A DNA stretch of 64,000 bases from Candidatus Melainabacteria bacterium (GCA_023250195.1 JAHFBF010000001.1:273907-337906); one strand, 5' to 3'. Shown: positions 52,703 through 63,710, counted from the stretch's first letter. Notes: generated by a model not told the origin, from the sequence alone. Program-made: numbers and translations.

Positions 52703-54292
52703 TTGCGCTTTGAAAAAATGAACAGAAAACTTTTTAAAATCGCAGGCTTCGTAGGAATAATTACCGTAATAAGTAAAATCGTTGGATTACTTAGAGATTT
52801 AGTAATTGCAAAATTTTACGGCACTACAATTACAGCAGATGCATACAATTTTGCATATCTTTTGACCGGTAATGCACTTATATTGCTTGGTGGACTTGGT
52901 GGTCCTTTTCACTCAGCCACTATAGCTACTCTTACAAAAATAAAAGATAGTGCAAAAGAATCTGGAAGTTTTTTAATAAAAATTGTTATCTCAACATTTA
53001 TAGCACTTTCACTAATAACACTTGCAGTAATCTGTTTTAAAAATCAAATAGTACATTTTATTGCTCCAGCCACCGGACATGATATTTCTTATCAGGAGAA
53101 ATTATGGCATTTAACGACCATGCAACTTGAGATAATGTCACCATTGATTATTATTTCAGGATTACTCGGGATTTTGTGTGGCGTAGCAAATGTTTATGGT
53201 GGATATTTTTGGCCTTCATTCAGCCCTGTTTTACCAAGCATTGCGATTATTTGTTGTATCCTGATAAATCCTGAACCAAAAATTGGCATTGCACTTGGAG
53301 TTGGAACAGTAATCGGTGCAATATTACAACTGCTCGTTCAATTACCTGATTTACTTAAAGCAGGGTTATATGAAAATTTAAAACTTGCACTGATAAAAAA
53401 GCAAGAGGCTGTAAGTAGCTTTAATCATTTTTTAGGCCCTGCCATACTTAGCACTTCTATTGGTCAGATTACTGTATACATTGATAGTTTCTTTTGTTCA
53501 GGGCTTCAGGAAGGAAGCTGGACAGCTACAATCCTTGCAAACAGGCTAATCCAGCTCCCACTCGGCGTTTTACTTACTTCATTCCTGGTACCATTTTTCC
53601 CAAGATTTTCTGAACTGGCAAATGCTAAAAACATTGACGGATTAAAAGAAACTTCTATCCTGGTAATCAGATCTCTCTGGTTTTTAACATTACCTATTGC
53701 AGTATATTTATTTTTATTTGCAAAGCCAATTGTAGAAATAGTCTTCCAGAGAGGTGCATTTGATGAAAGATCTACCCTGCTTACAAGCAGTATTTTAATT
53801 GCTCTTTTGCTTTCCATGGTTGCTTATGTAGCCAGAGACACTTTAACAAGAGTGTTTTATTCATTTGGCAATTCACGAATACCTTTACTTATAGCAATAT
53901 TCTCTATAGCATTAAAAATAATTTTAAATATCGTTTTAGTAGGAAAATATCAGGCTCCTGGAATTGCATTTGCGACATCACTGGTTACTTTATTTAATTT
54001 TTTACTTTTAGGCTTCATGCTAAGAAAAGAAATTGGCTGCCTTGGATGGTTGAAACATATTAGATCTCTTTTAAAGATGGTAATGGCTACATTTGTAATG
54101 TATTTATTTGGTTTATTGTTTATAAATATTTTTTCTTTATATTTTCAAAATTGTAATTTTATTTCAAAAGCAATATTACTGTCTACAAGTTTTGCAGTTT
54201 GTTTTTTGCTCTATTACGGACTTTCCTTAACACTGAGAGTAGAAGAAGCAAAAAAAATTCTGGAAGTAGTAAAAAATAAAATTATTAACTGA
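52703..54292 (+). CDS. murJ: lipid II flippase MurJ (MviN)
   Basis: 14-TM MOP-superfamily pattern with N-terminal ...KIVGLLRDLVIAKFYG... Confidence 0.8.
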   Translation: MRFEKMNRKLFKIAGFVGIITVISKIVGLLRDLVIAKFYGTTITADAYNFAYLLTGNALILLGGLGGPFHSATIATLTKIKDSAKESGSFLIKIVISTFIALSLITLAVICFKNQIVHFIAPATGHDISYQEKLWHLTTMQLEIMSPLIIISGLLGILCGVANVYGGYFWPSFSPVLPSIAIICCILINPEPKIGIALGVGTVIGAILQLLVQLPDLLKAGLYENLKLALIKKQEAVSSFNHFLGPAILSTSIGQITVYIDSFFCSGLQEGSWTATILANRLIQLPLGVLLTSFLVPFFPRFSELANAKNIDGLKETSILVIRSLWFLTLPIAVYLFLFAKPIVEIVFQRGAFDERSTLLTSSILIALLLSMVAYVARDTLTRVFYSFGNSRIPLLIAIFSIALKIILNIVLVGKYQAPGIAFATSLVTLFNFLLLGFMLRKEIGCLGWLKHIRSLLKMVMATFVMYLFGLLFINIFSLYFQNCNFISKAILLSTSFAVCFLLYYGLSLTLRVEEAKKILEVVKNKIIN

Positions 54293-55556
54293 CCTCTTTT
54301 GCTCCACCAAGATAACCCTGCAAAACCTTAGGGACAAGAACTGTTCCTTTTTCTGTCTGATAATTTTCCAATATCGCAGCAAGAGTTCTTCCAATAGCAA
54401 GCCCTGAACCATTTATAGTGTGTACAAACTGCGGTTTGTCTTTTGGATTTGGTTTATATTTTATGTTTGTTCTTCTTGCCTGAAAAGAGCCAAAATTAGA
54501 ACAACTGCTTATCTCACGATAAGTATTCTGACTTGGAAACCAGACTTCAAGGTCATAGCATTTCATGGCTGAAAATCCAATATCTCCTGTACAAAGAAGT
54601 GTTTTTCTATATGGAAGTTCTAGCTTCTGCAAAATTTCTTCTGCATCCTTTGTAAGCTCTTCATGCTCCTTATCACTTGTTTCAACCGAAGTTATTTTTA
54701 CAAGCTCTATTTTATTAAATTGATGCTGTCTGATTATCCCTCTTGTATCCTTACTTGCAGCACCAGCTTCTCTTCTAAAACAAGGAGTATAAGCACAGTA
54801 CTTAACAGGTAATTGTTCAAGTGGAATTACTTCATCCCTGTGTAAGTTTGTTAAAGGTACTTCTGCAGTTGGTGCAAGATATAAAAATTCATTTTCGCAC
54901 TTATAAAAATCACCATCAAATTTAGGCAGCTGTCCCGTTCCAGTCATTGAATCCTTATTTACTAAAATTGGCGGGAAAATTTCTTTATAGCCTTTAGTAG
55001 CAGCATTATCAAGCATAAAGTTCATTAAAGCTCTTTCAAGCTTTGCACCCATACCACTTAAAACAGTAAATCTTGATTCAGCAATTTTTACACCACGTTC
55101 AAAATCAAAAATACCTAATTTTATACCTGTCTCCCAGTGAGGTTTTACCCAGTTTTCAATTCTTGGGTTACCCCATTTGGAAATTTCTTTATTTTTTGTT
55201 TCATCTTCTCCCTCAGGGACAGAATCACAAACAATATTTGGCAGCCACATAGCTTTTTCAATAAGCTTATGGGTTAAATCCATTTCTCCCTTTTCTATCT
55301 CAGCTAATTTTGAATTAACATCAGTCCCTTCTTTTTTTAATGTTTCAACTTTATCTTTGTTATCTTTTGAACGTCCTATTTCATCTGCAATATCATTTTT
55401 CTTTTTGCGGAGTTCATCTGCTTTAGCCTGTATTTCCCTCTTTTGTTGATCCAGTTTCAAGATTTCTTCAAAAAGCAAAACAAGACTTTTATCTCTTTTT
55501 GAGAGTTTATCTTTATAATAATCAGGTCTTGTTCTTAAATCCTTTAAATCATGCAT
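54285..55556 (-). CDS. serS: serine--tRNA ligase
   Basis: N-terminal coiled-coil arm plus class II motifs (FRREAG, GSGLAIGRT). Confidence 0.9.
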   Translation of the reverse strand: MHDLKDLRTRPDYYKDKLSKRDKSLVLLFEEILKLDQQKREIQAKADELRKKKNDIADEIGRSKDNKDKVETLKKEGTDVNSKLAEIEKGEMDLTHKLIEKAMWLPNIVCDSVPEGEDETKNKEISKWGNPRIENWVKPHWETGIKLGIFDFERGVKIAESRFTVLSGMGAKLERALMNFMLDNAATKGYKEIFPPILVNKDSMTGTGQLPKFDGDFYKCENEFLYLAPTAEVPLTNLHRDEVIPLEQLPVKYCAYTPCFRREAGAASKDTRGIIRQHQFNKIELVKITSVETSDKEHEELTKDAEEILQKLELPYRKTLLCTGDIGFSAMKCYDLEVWFPSQNTYREISSCSNFGSFQARRTNIKYKPNPKDKPQFVHTINGSGLAIGRTLAAILENYQTEKGTVLVPKVLQGYLGGAKEVS

Positions 55557-55574
55557 GATTCTATTTTATACTAT

Positions 55575-55654
55575 GTCATTCTAAGCTGAAGGCGAAGAAT
55601 CTCAAAATGCTGCAATCGGTCAACAGAGATTCTTCACTTCGTTCAGAATGACAC
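55575..55654. repeat. Family-A variant element (GTCATTCTAAG...CAGAATGAC), copy A9, in the divergent serS/lipoprotein intergenic region
   Basis: gtcattctaagctgaaggcgaagaatctc...gagattcttcacttcgttcagaatgacac. Confidence 0.65.
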
Positions 55655-55676
55655 TATCTACGATATAATAACGATT

Positions 55677-56048
55677 ATGAAAAGATTTTTTAATTTATTC
55701 ACTATTTTAATCCTAATAAGTACTTCATGCTGCTTTGTTGATCCTGTTACACGTGCCCAGAACCTCTCTCAAAAGGGAAAATTTGGAGATGCAATTAAAA
55801 TACTTGAAAATGAGTATAAGAACAAACCGAATTCAATCCCAATAAAATCTCTACTAGCTCAGGCATATTCAGATTATGGTATAGCTTTATGCCAGGATAC
55901 CACTAAACCACCAAAAGCAAAATATCCAATGGCAAAAGAACAATTCTCCATGGCATTAACTCTAAATCCATATTTAAAAGATGCAAAAGACATGTATGAA
56001 ATGATTGAAAAAATACAGGAATCCTTTCGTACAAATAATGTGAATTAG
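55677..56048 (+). CDS. small TPR-like lipoprotein
   Basis: Signal peptide with ...ISTSC lipobox-like motif. Confidence 0.35.
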   Translation: MKRFFNLFTILILISTSCCFVDPVTRAQNLSQKGKFGDAIKILENEYKNKPNSIPIKSLLAQAYSDYGIALCQDTTKPPKAKYPMAKEQFSMALTLNPYLKDAKDMYEMIEKIQESFRTNNVN

Positions 56049-56050
56049 TA

Positions 56051-56890
56051 ATGGGTTTTATATTCTTGATTATCAAAAACAAAATCATTTTATTACCTGT
56101 TATATTTGTTTTTTCAATCTTAGTTCTGGTCATATTATCGTACATGGGATTTGGTTTTGGTAAATATTCTTTTGATTTTCAGGATCAGGAGATAATTCTC
56201 CAATCACCTTCATTTGAACACCCCCTTGGCACAGATCAACTTGGAAGAGATATGCTGGCAAGATTAATTTTTGGAGCAAGATTATCTTTTTTAGTTGCTG
56301 TTGTAACTGCCTTAATTGCTCTCTTTATAGGCGTTTCCCTGGGTAGTATTGCCGGGATGCTTGAAGGCAAGATTGATTTTATTATTTCAAGAGCAATCGA
56401 CATAATTTATTCTTTGCCTGATCTTTTAGTCTTAAGTATTATAGGACTACTGTTTAACAGATCTACCAGTGGCATACTCTTTGCTATAGGCTTAATCAGC
56501 TGGATGGATTTAGCCAGATTAACCAGAGCAGAAATTCTAAAACTAAAACAGCATGAATTTATTCTTTCGGCAGTAGCAATTGGATTGAGTAAAAGAAGAA
56601 TTTTTTTAAAGCATCTACTACCAAATATTTTAAATGTGATTTTAGTTTCAATTACATTTATCATGCCAAGAGCAATTATTGCCGAATCAACTTTAAGTTT
56701 TCTTGGACTTGGACTTTCCCCGCCAAACTGCAGTTGGGGAACATTAGCCAGTGATGGCTGGCAATTTTTAAATACACATACAAATCTTATTCTTTATCCA
56801 AGCATTATGATTATGCTTACTGTTCTAAGCTTAAACATAATTGGTGATTTTTTAACCGAATTGAATCAACCTAAGAAGATTTATATATAA
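56051..56890 (+). CDS. ABC transporter permease (DppC/OppC family), orphan
   Basis: EAA-like loop and 6-TM pattern; N-terminal ...PLGTDQLGRDMLARLIFG... Confidence 0.75.
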   Translation: MGFIFLIIKNKIILLPVIFVFSILVLVILSYMGFGFGKYSFDFQDQEIILQSPSFEHPLGTDQLGRDMLARLIFGARLSFLVAVVTALIALFIGVSLGSIAGMLEGKIDFIISRAIDIIYSLPDLLVLSIIGLLFNRSTSGILFAIGLISWMDLARLTRAEILKLKQHEFILSAVAIGLSKRRIFLKHLLPNILNVILVSITFIMPRAIIAESTLSFLGLGLSPPNCSWGTLASDGWQFLNTHTNLILYPSIMIMLTVLSLNIIGDFLTELNQPKKIYI

Positions 56891-56920
56891 TGTAGGGGCG
56901 TTGCATGCAACGCCCCTACA
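56891..56920. repeat. 30-nt perfect palindrome tgtaggggcgttgca|tgcaacgcccctaca exactly between the permease stop and the nadE ATG
   Basis: 15-bp arms with no loop; GC-rich island. Confidence 0.75.
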
Positions 56921-56921
56921 T

Positions 56922-58610
56922 ATGAAAATTGCACTTGCACAAATTAACCCAACAGTTGGAGATTTCGAAAACAACCTGAATAAAATTTTAGAAGCTATTG
57001 ATCACGCAGGTAAAAAAAATGCTGAGCTGGTTATTTTTTCAGAACTTGCTTTATGCGGTTATCCACCAAAAGATTTGTTATTAAAAAACCAATTTATAGA
57101 AGACAGCAAAAAGTATTTAAATAAACTGGCTGACAGCATAAAAGCTGGAATTACTGTTATAGTTGGATTTCCAGAAGAGAATAAAGGCAGTGGCAAACCA
57201 TTATTTGATTCCCTTGCAGTAGTTCAAACAGGCAAAGTCCTATGTACAAGACAAAAAATTCTACTGCCGACTTATGATGTTTTTGATGAGGATAGATACT
57301 TTGAACACGGGGAAATAATTAGTCCTATTGAACTTTTCAATCAGAAAATAGGATTAACTATATGTGAAGATATCTGGCATGATGATTTAAGCTGGACCAA
57401 GCCAAGATACCATCTTGACCCGGTTGCAGAGCTTTCAAAACAAAATATCAATTTAATAATCAATTCTTCTGCTTCACCCTATTTTATGGGAAAACCCACA
57501 TTGAGAGAAGACATCTTAAGAAATTGCGCAAAGAAATATAAATTGCCGATTATTTATGTTAATCAGGTTGGCGGAAATGATGAACTGATCTTTGACGGCA
57601 ATTCATGTGTAATAGATGGAGCTGGAAATGTATGCATGAAATTAAAATCTTTTGAAGAAGATTTACAGATCGTTGAACTTAACGATAACAATCAAATCAT
57701 TGTTAATAGAGACACACCACCGGCACATCTCTACCATGACAACAATGATATCGAGGAATTGCTGCAGGCTATAACCTGCGGGCTTCGTGATTATGTAAAA
57801 AAATGTGATTTTAAAAAAGTTATTGTTGGTTTATCAGGCGGTATTGATTCAGCCCTTGTAGCAGCCATTGCTGCTTATGCCATAGGGAAAGAAAACGTTC
57901 TATGTGTATTTATGCCTTCAAGATACACTTCAGAAGCAAGTTCCAGCGATGCACAAAATTTAGCCTCAAATCTTGGTATTGAATTAAATACTATTTCAAT
58001 AGAAGAACCATTTAAAGTATTTTTACAACTTTTTGAGTCAGCTTTTACGAATAGCAGCACGCCCTGGTATGCCTCTACAACCAAGGAAAATATTCAACCG
58101 CGAATACGTGGTCTAATTCTAATGGCGCTTTCAAATCAAAACAAAGCTCTGGTCCTATCTACAGGAAATAAAAGTGAAATTGGAACTGGATATTGCACAT
58201 TATACGGTGATATGTGCGGGGGTCTGGCAATAATTTCAGATCTTCCAAAAACATTAGTTTATAAACTTGCAGAGTATATAAATAAAAAAGAGGGTAAAGA
58301 ATTAATTCCAAAAAATATTCTTACAAAAGCTCCAACTGCCGAATTAAAATTAAATCAAACCGATCAAGATGTATTGCCTTCCTACGACGTTTTGGATAAA
58401 GTTTTAAACTTTTATGTAGAACAACATGCTCCCTTAAAAGAAATAATAAAGAATGGTATACCTAAAGATACAGTTGAAAAAATTTGTAATATGATTAACT
58501 TAAGTGAGTATAAAAGATATCAGTCAGCGCCTGGATTAAAACTAACAAGCAGATCTTTTGGTTATGGTTGGAGAATGCCAATTGCACAACGATATAAAGA
58601 AACAATCTAA
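56922..58610 (+). CDS. nadE: glutamine-dependent NAD+ synthetase (nitrilase domain plus NAD synthetase domain)
   Basis: N-terminal CN-hydrolase domain (E...K...C triad region ...GLTICED...) and C-terminal SGGIDS PP-loop. ATG at 56922 preferred over the TTG at 56901, which lies inside the palindrome. Confidence 0.85.
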   Translation: MKIALAQINPTVGDFENNLNKILEAIDHAGKKNAELVIFSELALCGYPPKDLLLKNQFIEDSKKYLNKLADSIKAGITVIVGFPEENKGSGKPLFDSLAVVQTGKVLCTRQKILLPTYDVFDEDRYFEHGEIISPIELFNQKIGLTICEDIWHDDLSWTKPRYHLDPVAELSKQNINLIINSSASPYFMGKPTLREDILRNCAKKYKLPIIYVNQVGGNDELIFDGNSCVIDGAGNVCMKLKSFEEDLQIVELNDNNQIIVNRDTPPAHLYHDNNDIEELLQAITCGLRDYVKKCDFKKVIVGLSGGIDSALVAAIAAYAIGKENVLCVFMPSRYTSEASSSDAQNLASNLGIELNTISIEEPFKVFLQLFESAFTNSSTPWYASTTKENIQPRIRGLILMALSNQNKALVLSTGNKSEIGTGYCTLYGDMCGGLAIISDLPKTLVYKLAEYINKKEGKELIPKNILTKAPTAELKLNQTDQDVLPSYDVLDKVLNFYVEQHAPLKEIIKNGIPKDTVEKICNMINLSEYKRYQSAPGLKLTSRSFGYGWRMPIAQRYKETI

Positions 58611-58637
58611 CGTAGGTGCAGGCGACCTGCACCTACG
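58611..58637. repeat. Family-P palindrome cgtaggtgcagg-cga-cctgcacctacg between the nadE stop and the mqnA-like start
   Basis: 12-bp arms, 3-nt loop; near-identical arms to the recF copy. Confidence 0.75.
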
Positions 58638-58638
58638 A

Positions 58639-59445
58639 ATGGGACAGGTAGATTTTATTAACTGTCTGCCTATCAATCTTCCAATTGAACTTGGTGAAGT
58701 AACGGTTAATGCAACCATCATAAATGCTGTACCAAGTGAATTAAATAAAAAGATTTTAAGTGGGGAAATAGATATTGCACCGATATCATCCTACACGTAT
58801 CTTCAAAACAAAGATAAACTGGTCCAAATCTCCGATCTCTGCATAGCATCAAATGGTCCGGCAGACAGTGTTCTATTGTTTTCACAGTTTCCAATAGAAG
58901 AACTTGATGGAGCAAAAATTGCATTATCACCTGCATCTGCTACATCAAACAAATTGTTAAAAATTATATTAAGAGAATTTATAAAAGTTAACGCTGTCTA
59001 TAAAGTAGAGGCGTTACATACAGCACCTCTACAATCAAAAAATTATCCAGCTGCACTTTTTATAGGAGATCATGCACTCTTGGAATTCTCAAATATGCCA
59101 AGAAATCTGTTTATTTATGACCTTGGTTCTCTATGGAAAAAATATACAGGATTACCAATGATTTTCGGAATCTGGGTTGCAAGAAAAGAAATCATAAACC
59201 AATATCCAAACGAAGTTAAAATAATATCAAATCAGCTAGAAAAATCAAAGGAACTTGGCTTAACAACAATGTTTGATAAGGTTATTAAAAAAGCACAGGA
59301 AAAAGTTTTAATTTCAACAGAGTTTTACAGTACTTATTTTCAGCATTTGAGTTACGAATTTAATACTGAATGTAAAAAAGGATTAGAGTTGTTTGAAAAT
59401 TTATCAATTAAAAAACACAATGCAGTCACAAAATCACTCGTATAA
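58639..59445 (+). CDS. mqnA: MqnA/MqnD-family (futalosine pathway) periplasmic-binding-fold protein
   Basis: MGQVDFINCLPINLPI... N-terminus typical of chorismate dehydratase MqnA. The ORF-track start at 58558 overlaps the nadE 3' end. Confidence 0.55.
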   Translation: MGQVDFINCLPINLPIELGEVTVNATIINAVPSELNKKILSGEIDIAPISSYTYLQNKDKLVQISDLCIASNGPADSVLLFSQFPIEELDGAKIALSPASATSNKLLKIILREFIKVNAVYKVEALHTAPLQSKNYPAALFIGDHALLEFSNMPRNLFIYDLGSLWKKYTGLPMIFGIWVARKEIINQYPNEVKIISNQLEKSKELGLTTMFDKVIKKAQEKVLISTEFYSTYFQHLSYEFNTECKKGLELFENLSIKKHNAVTKSLV

Positions 59446-59502
59446 TTTTAATTAGGACTCCAAATATTTTTTTCTTTGTATTATTGAATATATACTAAGT
59501 AA

Positions 59503-60009
59503 TTACGATTTGGCTTGTATAGGAAATGCGCTAAGAAAAAGTTCATAAGTTCCAGAATTTACTAGTGGTTGTACGATCAAAGCACCCCATTTCCCAGAAG
59601 GCATTGCTGCAACTGCTGCATTTGTAGAAATTACTTGGCGAGTGCCAATGACTCTAAGTCCAATATAAGCTCCCTTAATAGCCCCTTCAAATTCTTGATT
59701 GATTGGTTTTTGGTTTGCACCAGTTGTGGTATCTGTTTCATTAATTTCTAATCTAAAAACAGCGCTACCTGTTTGATCTTTTGAGATTTCACCAAGAAGT
59801 TCTCTAGTACCGACTTGTTTTTGAGGAAAAACTATTATTTTTCCACCATTTGGTACAGCAGCACTATCGTATTTGAAACGTATAACTTTATTAGTTGCCA
59901 TAAAAGTGTTTAAATTTCTTACGAGGGTTTGATCAACAACTGGCAATGGCTTAGCCGTAGGTTGAGAAGGCTGACTAGATTGCGTTGTAATTATTGGAAT
60001 AGTAACCAT
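59503..60009 (-). CDS. hypothetical protein (orphan; predicted beta-rich)
   Basis: 168-aa ORF with no signal peptide. Confidence 0.4.
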   Translation of the reverse strand: MVTIPIITTQSSQPSQPTAKPLPVVDQTLVRNLNTFMATNKVIRFKYDSAAVPNGGKIIVFPQKQVGTRELLGEISKDQTGSAVFRLEINETDTTTGANQKPINQEFEGAIKGAYIGLRVIGTRQVISTNAAVAAMPSGKWGALIVQPLVNSGTYELFLSAFPIQAKS

Positions 60010-60116
60010 AAACTCTCCATTGAATTTAATCTTGTTATTTACATGTAATTAATCAAATTCTAAAGGTTAAATCAAATTTAGGCAAGAAATATATTAAGTA
60101 TGTTAATTAGTTAGAT

Positions 60117-60617
60117 TCAAATAATATCTTTAATCAACTTTTTCAGCAATTCTCTATCAAGCCTATATGTAAACCATTCTTTCATATGCTTTGCACCTAT
60201 TTTTTCATAGAAATTAATTGCAAGTTGATTCCAGTCAAGCACCTGCCACTCCATTCTTCCACATCCTTCATCATAAGCTAATTTTACAAGGTGCCTAAAA
60301 AGAGATTTTCCAATACCACATGCTCGATACTCAGGTAAAACAAAAACATCTTCCAGGTATAACGTCGGCAAAGCCAGAAATGAAGAGTATGTATAAAGGG
60401 TAATTGCATAAGCTGCTGCTTTTCCATCTTTTTCTGCAAGCCATGGTGTAATTTTAGGATTTTTTCCAAATGCATCCTTTAGAAATCTTTTTTTTGCATC
60501 AGAATCCGGTCTTTCTAATTTTTCATAGTCAGCAAGAGCATCAATCAAAGAAAACAAATCCTCGCTATCATTTATTGAAGCTTTTTTAATATTTACTTTT
60601 TGAATTATTTTAGTCAT
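60117..60617 (-). CDS. GNAT family N-acetyltransferase
   Basis: ...VLPEYRACGIGKSLFRHL... CoA-binding motif. Confidence 0.6.
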   Translation of the reverse strand: MTKIIQKVNIKKASINDSEDLFSLIDALADYEKLERPDSDAKKRFLKDAFGKNPKITPWLAEKDGKAAAYAITLYTYSSFLALPTLYLEDVFVLPEYRACGIGKSLFRHLVKLAYDEGCGRMEWQVLDWNQLAINFYEKIGAKHMKEWFTYRLDRELLKKLIKDII

Positions 60618-60620
60618 GGT

Positions 60621-61286
60621 TTATAAAAGTACTTTTTCATAAAAGGCGCCATAAGATTTTTCAGGATGTCTGATTTGAATTTCTAAAATCCAATATCCCG
60701 CTTCAGGAGGATAAGGATAAGTATTTAAGCCATCTTTCCATCCTTTATGAGGAAATGATCCGATCAAATGCCCCGCTGGATCTAAATTAAAAATAAAACC
60801 CGCTTCTTTAGTTAGCTTGTAAATATATTTGTATAATTCAATTCCAGTCGAATTATTTTCTCTCCAATAATTACAGGCCATTTTAAAGATGAGTTCACTT
60901 TGAAATTTTAATTCGTCAAATAAACTGTTTTTACCAAAAACCAGTGTCTGACCGGCATCACCTTCAACATCCTCTATTATTGGTCCAATATCTATATAAG
61001 CAATATCTTCTTCCTGTAATATCTTTTCTTCCGCAGATTTATCCTTAAAAGTAAGAATAGTGTTTGTACCAAAGTAAATATAAGGATTATGCCAGTTTCT
61101 CTTTATTCCAAACTTTTCATACAACTCAATGGTTTTTTTCCTGGACTCACTTTCAGATATTCCCGGTTTAATTATTCGTGAGATTCCCTGAAGTAACTCA
61201 CCTGCAATGCTTGCTGCATGTTTCGTTTTTTCAATTATTTGTTTTTGCGTATATTCAGCTACTAGAGGGGATTGCATAGATAACAT
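60621..61286 (-). CDS. M24 (pita-bread) metallopeptidase-like protein, short form
   Basis: ...IAYIDIGPIIEDVEGDAGQTLVFG...AGHLIG...ILEIQI resembles the MetAP/creatinase metal-ligand blocks. Confidence 0.45.
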   Translation of the reverse strand: MLSMQSPLVAEYTQKQIIEKTKHAASIAGELLQGISRIIKPGISESESRKKTIELYEKFGIKRNWHNPYIYFGTNTILTFKDKSAEEKILQEEDIAYIDIGPIIEDVEGDAGQTLVFGKNSLFDELKFQSELIFKMACNYWRENNSTGIELYKYIYKLTKEAGFIFNLDPAGHLIGSFPHKGWKDGLNTYPYPPEAGYWILEIQIRHPEKSYGAFYEKVLL

Positions 61287-61295
61287 TGTACTATT

Positions 61296-63701
61296 TTACC
61301 CACTACACACCAAACAATCTTCTTTATTTTCAAGCGAACAGGCAACTGCTGCCATTTCTTTTTCTTTATCTATTTCTGCATGCTTACCGTTTCCATTACT
61401 GCCATTCTTTGAAACAAGCGGTGTAAGCGGTACTTCAGCCTGTGTTTGGACTGTGAATTTAATAGCATCTACTGCTGCTTTAGTACGCAAATAATACATG
61501 CCGGTCTTTAAGCCTTTTTTCCAGCCATAAAAATGCATTGATGTAAGCTTTGAAAAATCCACATCCTGTAGAAAAAGATTTAATGACTGTGACTGACAGA
61601 TAAATGCTCCTCGATCTGCTGCCATATCAATTAGTGTTCTTTGCTTAATCTCCCAGACAGTTTTATATAAATCCTTTATGTCCTGTGGGATTTCTTCAAT
61701 GTTTTGTATTGAACCATTTTTAGTAATAATCTTATTTTTTAATTCATTATTCCAAAGCCCAAGCTCTACCAAATCTTTCAATAAATACTTATTAACTACA
61801 ATAAACTCCCCTGATAGAACCCTTCTGGTATAAATGTTTGAAGTGTATGGTTCAAAACATTCATTGTTGCCTAATATTTGAGATGTCGATGCAGTAGGCA
61901 TTGGAGCAAGTAATAGTGAGTTCCTGATTCCATTCTTTTTTACTTCTTCTTTTAAAGCATTCCAATCCCATTTATCAGATGGTTTTACATCCCACATATC
62001 AAACTGAAAGATCCCTTTTGAAACGGGAGAGTCTTTAAATGTTTCATATGAACCCTCTTTTTTAGCAAGGTCCATTGAGGCTGTCATAGCACCAAAATAA
62101 ATTGTTTCAAAGATTTCTTTGTTTAATTCCTTCGCTCCTTCCGAGTCAAATGGCATTTTAAGCAAAATGAATGTGTCTGCAAGCCCCTGAACCCCAATTC
62201 CAATCGGACGATGGCGAAAGTTGGATCTTCTTGCTTCTTCTACCGGGTAATAATTTACATCAATAATCTTATTCAGGTTTTTTGTAACAACTTTTGTTAT
62301 TTCAAATAATCTTTGATGATCAAATTTTCCATCAATTATAAATCTCGGCAGTGCAATTGAAGCCAGATTACACACTGCAACTTCATCCGGAGACGTATAC
62401 TCCACTATTTCAGTACAAAGATTTGAACTCTTAATGGTTCCAAGGTTTTGCTGGTTTGATTTTCTATTACATGCATCCTTGTAAAGAATGTACGGAGTAC
62501 CAGTTTCAATCTGAGATTCTAAAATTGCAAACCATAACTCCTGTGCCTTTACAGTTTTTATAGCTTTACCTTCTTTTTCATATTTTTCATACAAAGCTTC
62601 AAACTCATCTCCCCAACTAGTTGTTAGTCCTGGAGCTTCATTTGGACAGAATAATGACCAGCTGCCATTTTCTTCAACCCGCTTCATAAAAAGGTCACAA
62701 ACCCATAGTGCATAAAATAAATCACGTGCTTTAAGTTCTTCTTTTCCATGGTTTTTCTTAAGTTCTAAAAACTCAAAAACATCTGCATGCCAGGGTTCTA
62801 AATAAATCGCAAAAGAACCTTTTCTTTTTCCACCACCCTGATCTACATAACGTGCAGTATCATTAAAAACTCGAAGCATTGGAATAATGCCATTTGAAGT
62901 ACCATTTGTACCTCTTATATATGATCCCGTTGCTCTAATCTCATTAATGCTAAGTCCAATACCACCTGCTGACTGCGAGATTTTTGCACATTGTTTTAAT
63001 GTGTCATAAATGCCTTCTATACTATCCTCTTTCATAGTAAGAAGAAAACAGGAAGAAAGCTGTGCCTTTGGTGTACCAGCATTAAACAGTGTAGGTGTAG
63101 CATGTGTAAACCAGCGCTCTGACATTAAATTATAAGTTTCAATTGCAGAATCAACATCTTCCTTATGGATTCCAACTGCTACCCGCATTAACATGTGCTG
63201 CGGACGTTCAACTACTTCTCCATCAATTTTCAAAAGATAGGATCTTTCAAGTGTTTTAAAACCAAAATAATCATATCCAAAATCCCGATCATAAATAATA
63301 GTAGAATCTAAAAGATCTGCGTTTTTTTGAATAACCTGATAAACATCATTGGCTATAAGTGATGCTTTTTTCCCTGTCCTTGAATCAACATAGTTATATA
63401 AATCAGCCATTGTAGCTGAGAAAGATTTTTTGGTGTTTTTATGCAAATTTGAAACTGCAATTCTTGAAGCAAGACGAGCATAGTCAGGATGTTTTGTAGT
63501 AAGTGAAGCTGCTATTTCTGCCGCAAGATTATCAAGCTCCGGAGTGGTTACCCCATCATAAATCCCTTCAATTACTTTTTTTGCAACATCTGCAGGATCT
63601 ACATGTTTTGGATCAAGCGAGTAACAAAGTTTTTCAATTCTGGCAGTGACCTTATCAAATTTTACAGACTCACGCCTGCCATCTCTTTTTACGACATCCA
63701 T
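61296..63701 (-). CDS. nrdA: ribonucleotide reductase class Ia large subunit, eukaryote-like (ATP-cone plus catalytic barrel)
   Basis: ATP-cone [20 protein letters not shown]; [22 protein letters not shown] active-site block; C-terminal [14 protein letters not shown] redox tail. Confidence 0.9.
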   Translation of the reverse strand: MDVVKRDGRRESVKFDKVTARIEKLCYSLDPKHVDPADVAKKVIEGIYDGVTTPELDNLAAEIAASLTTKHPDYARLASRIAVSNLHKNTKKSFSATMADLYNYVDSRTGKKASLIANDVYQVIQKNADLLDSTIIYDRDFGYDYFGFKTLERSYLLKIDGEVVERPQHMLMRVAVGIHKEDVDSAIETYNLMSERWFTHATPTLFNAGTPKAQLSSCFLLTMKEDSIEGIYDTLKQCAKISQSAGGIGLSINEIRATGSYIRGTNGTSNGIIPMLRVFNDTARYVDQGGGKRKGSFAIYLEPWHADVFEFLELKKNHGKEELKARDLFYALWVCDLFMKRVEENGSWSLFCPNEAPGLTTSWGDEFEALYEKYEKEGKAIKTVKAQELWFAILESQIETGTPYILYKDACNRKSNQQNLGTIKSSNLCTEIVEYTSPDEVAVCNLASIALPRFIIDGKFDHQRLFEITKVVTKNLNKIIDVNYYPVEEARRSNFRHRPIGIGVQGLADTFILLKMPFDSEGAKELNKEIFETIYFGAMTASMDLAKKEGSYETFKDSPVSKGIFQFDMWDVKPSDKWDWNALKEEVKKNGIRNSLLLAPMPTASTSQILGNNECFEPYTSNIYTRRVLSGEFIVVNKYLLKDLVELGLWNNELKNKIITKNGSIQNIEEIPQDIKDLYKTVWEIKQRTLIDMAADRGAFICQSQSLNLFLQDVDFSKLTSMHFYGWKKGLKTGMYYLRTKAAVDAIKFTVQTQAEVPLTPLVSKNGSNGNGKHAEIDKEKEMAAVACSLENKEDCLVCSG

Positions 63702-63710
63702 AATTATTCT

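Noticed and set aside
56901-56921. TTG start for nadE as in the ORF track.
   Set aside because: It falls inside the perfect palindrome 56891-56920. The ATG at 56922 (MKIALAQINP...) matches the usual NadE N-terminus.
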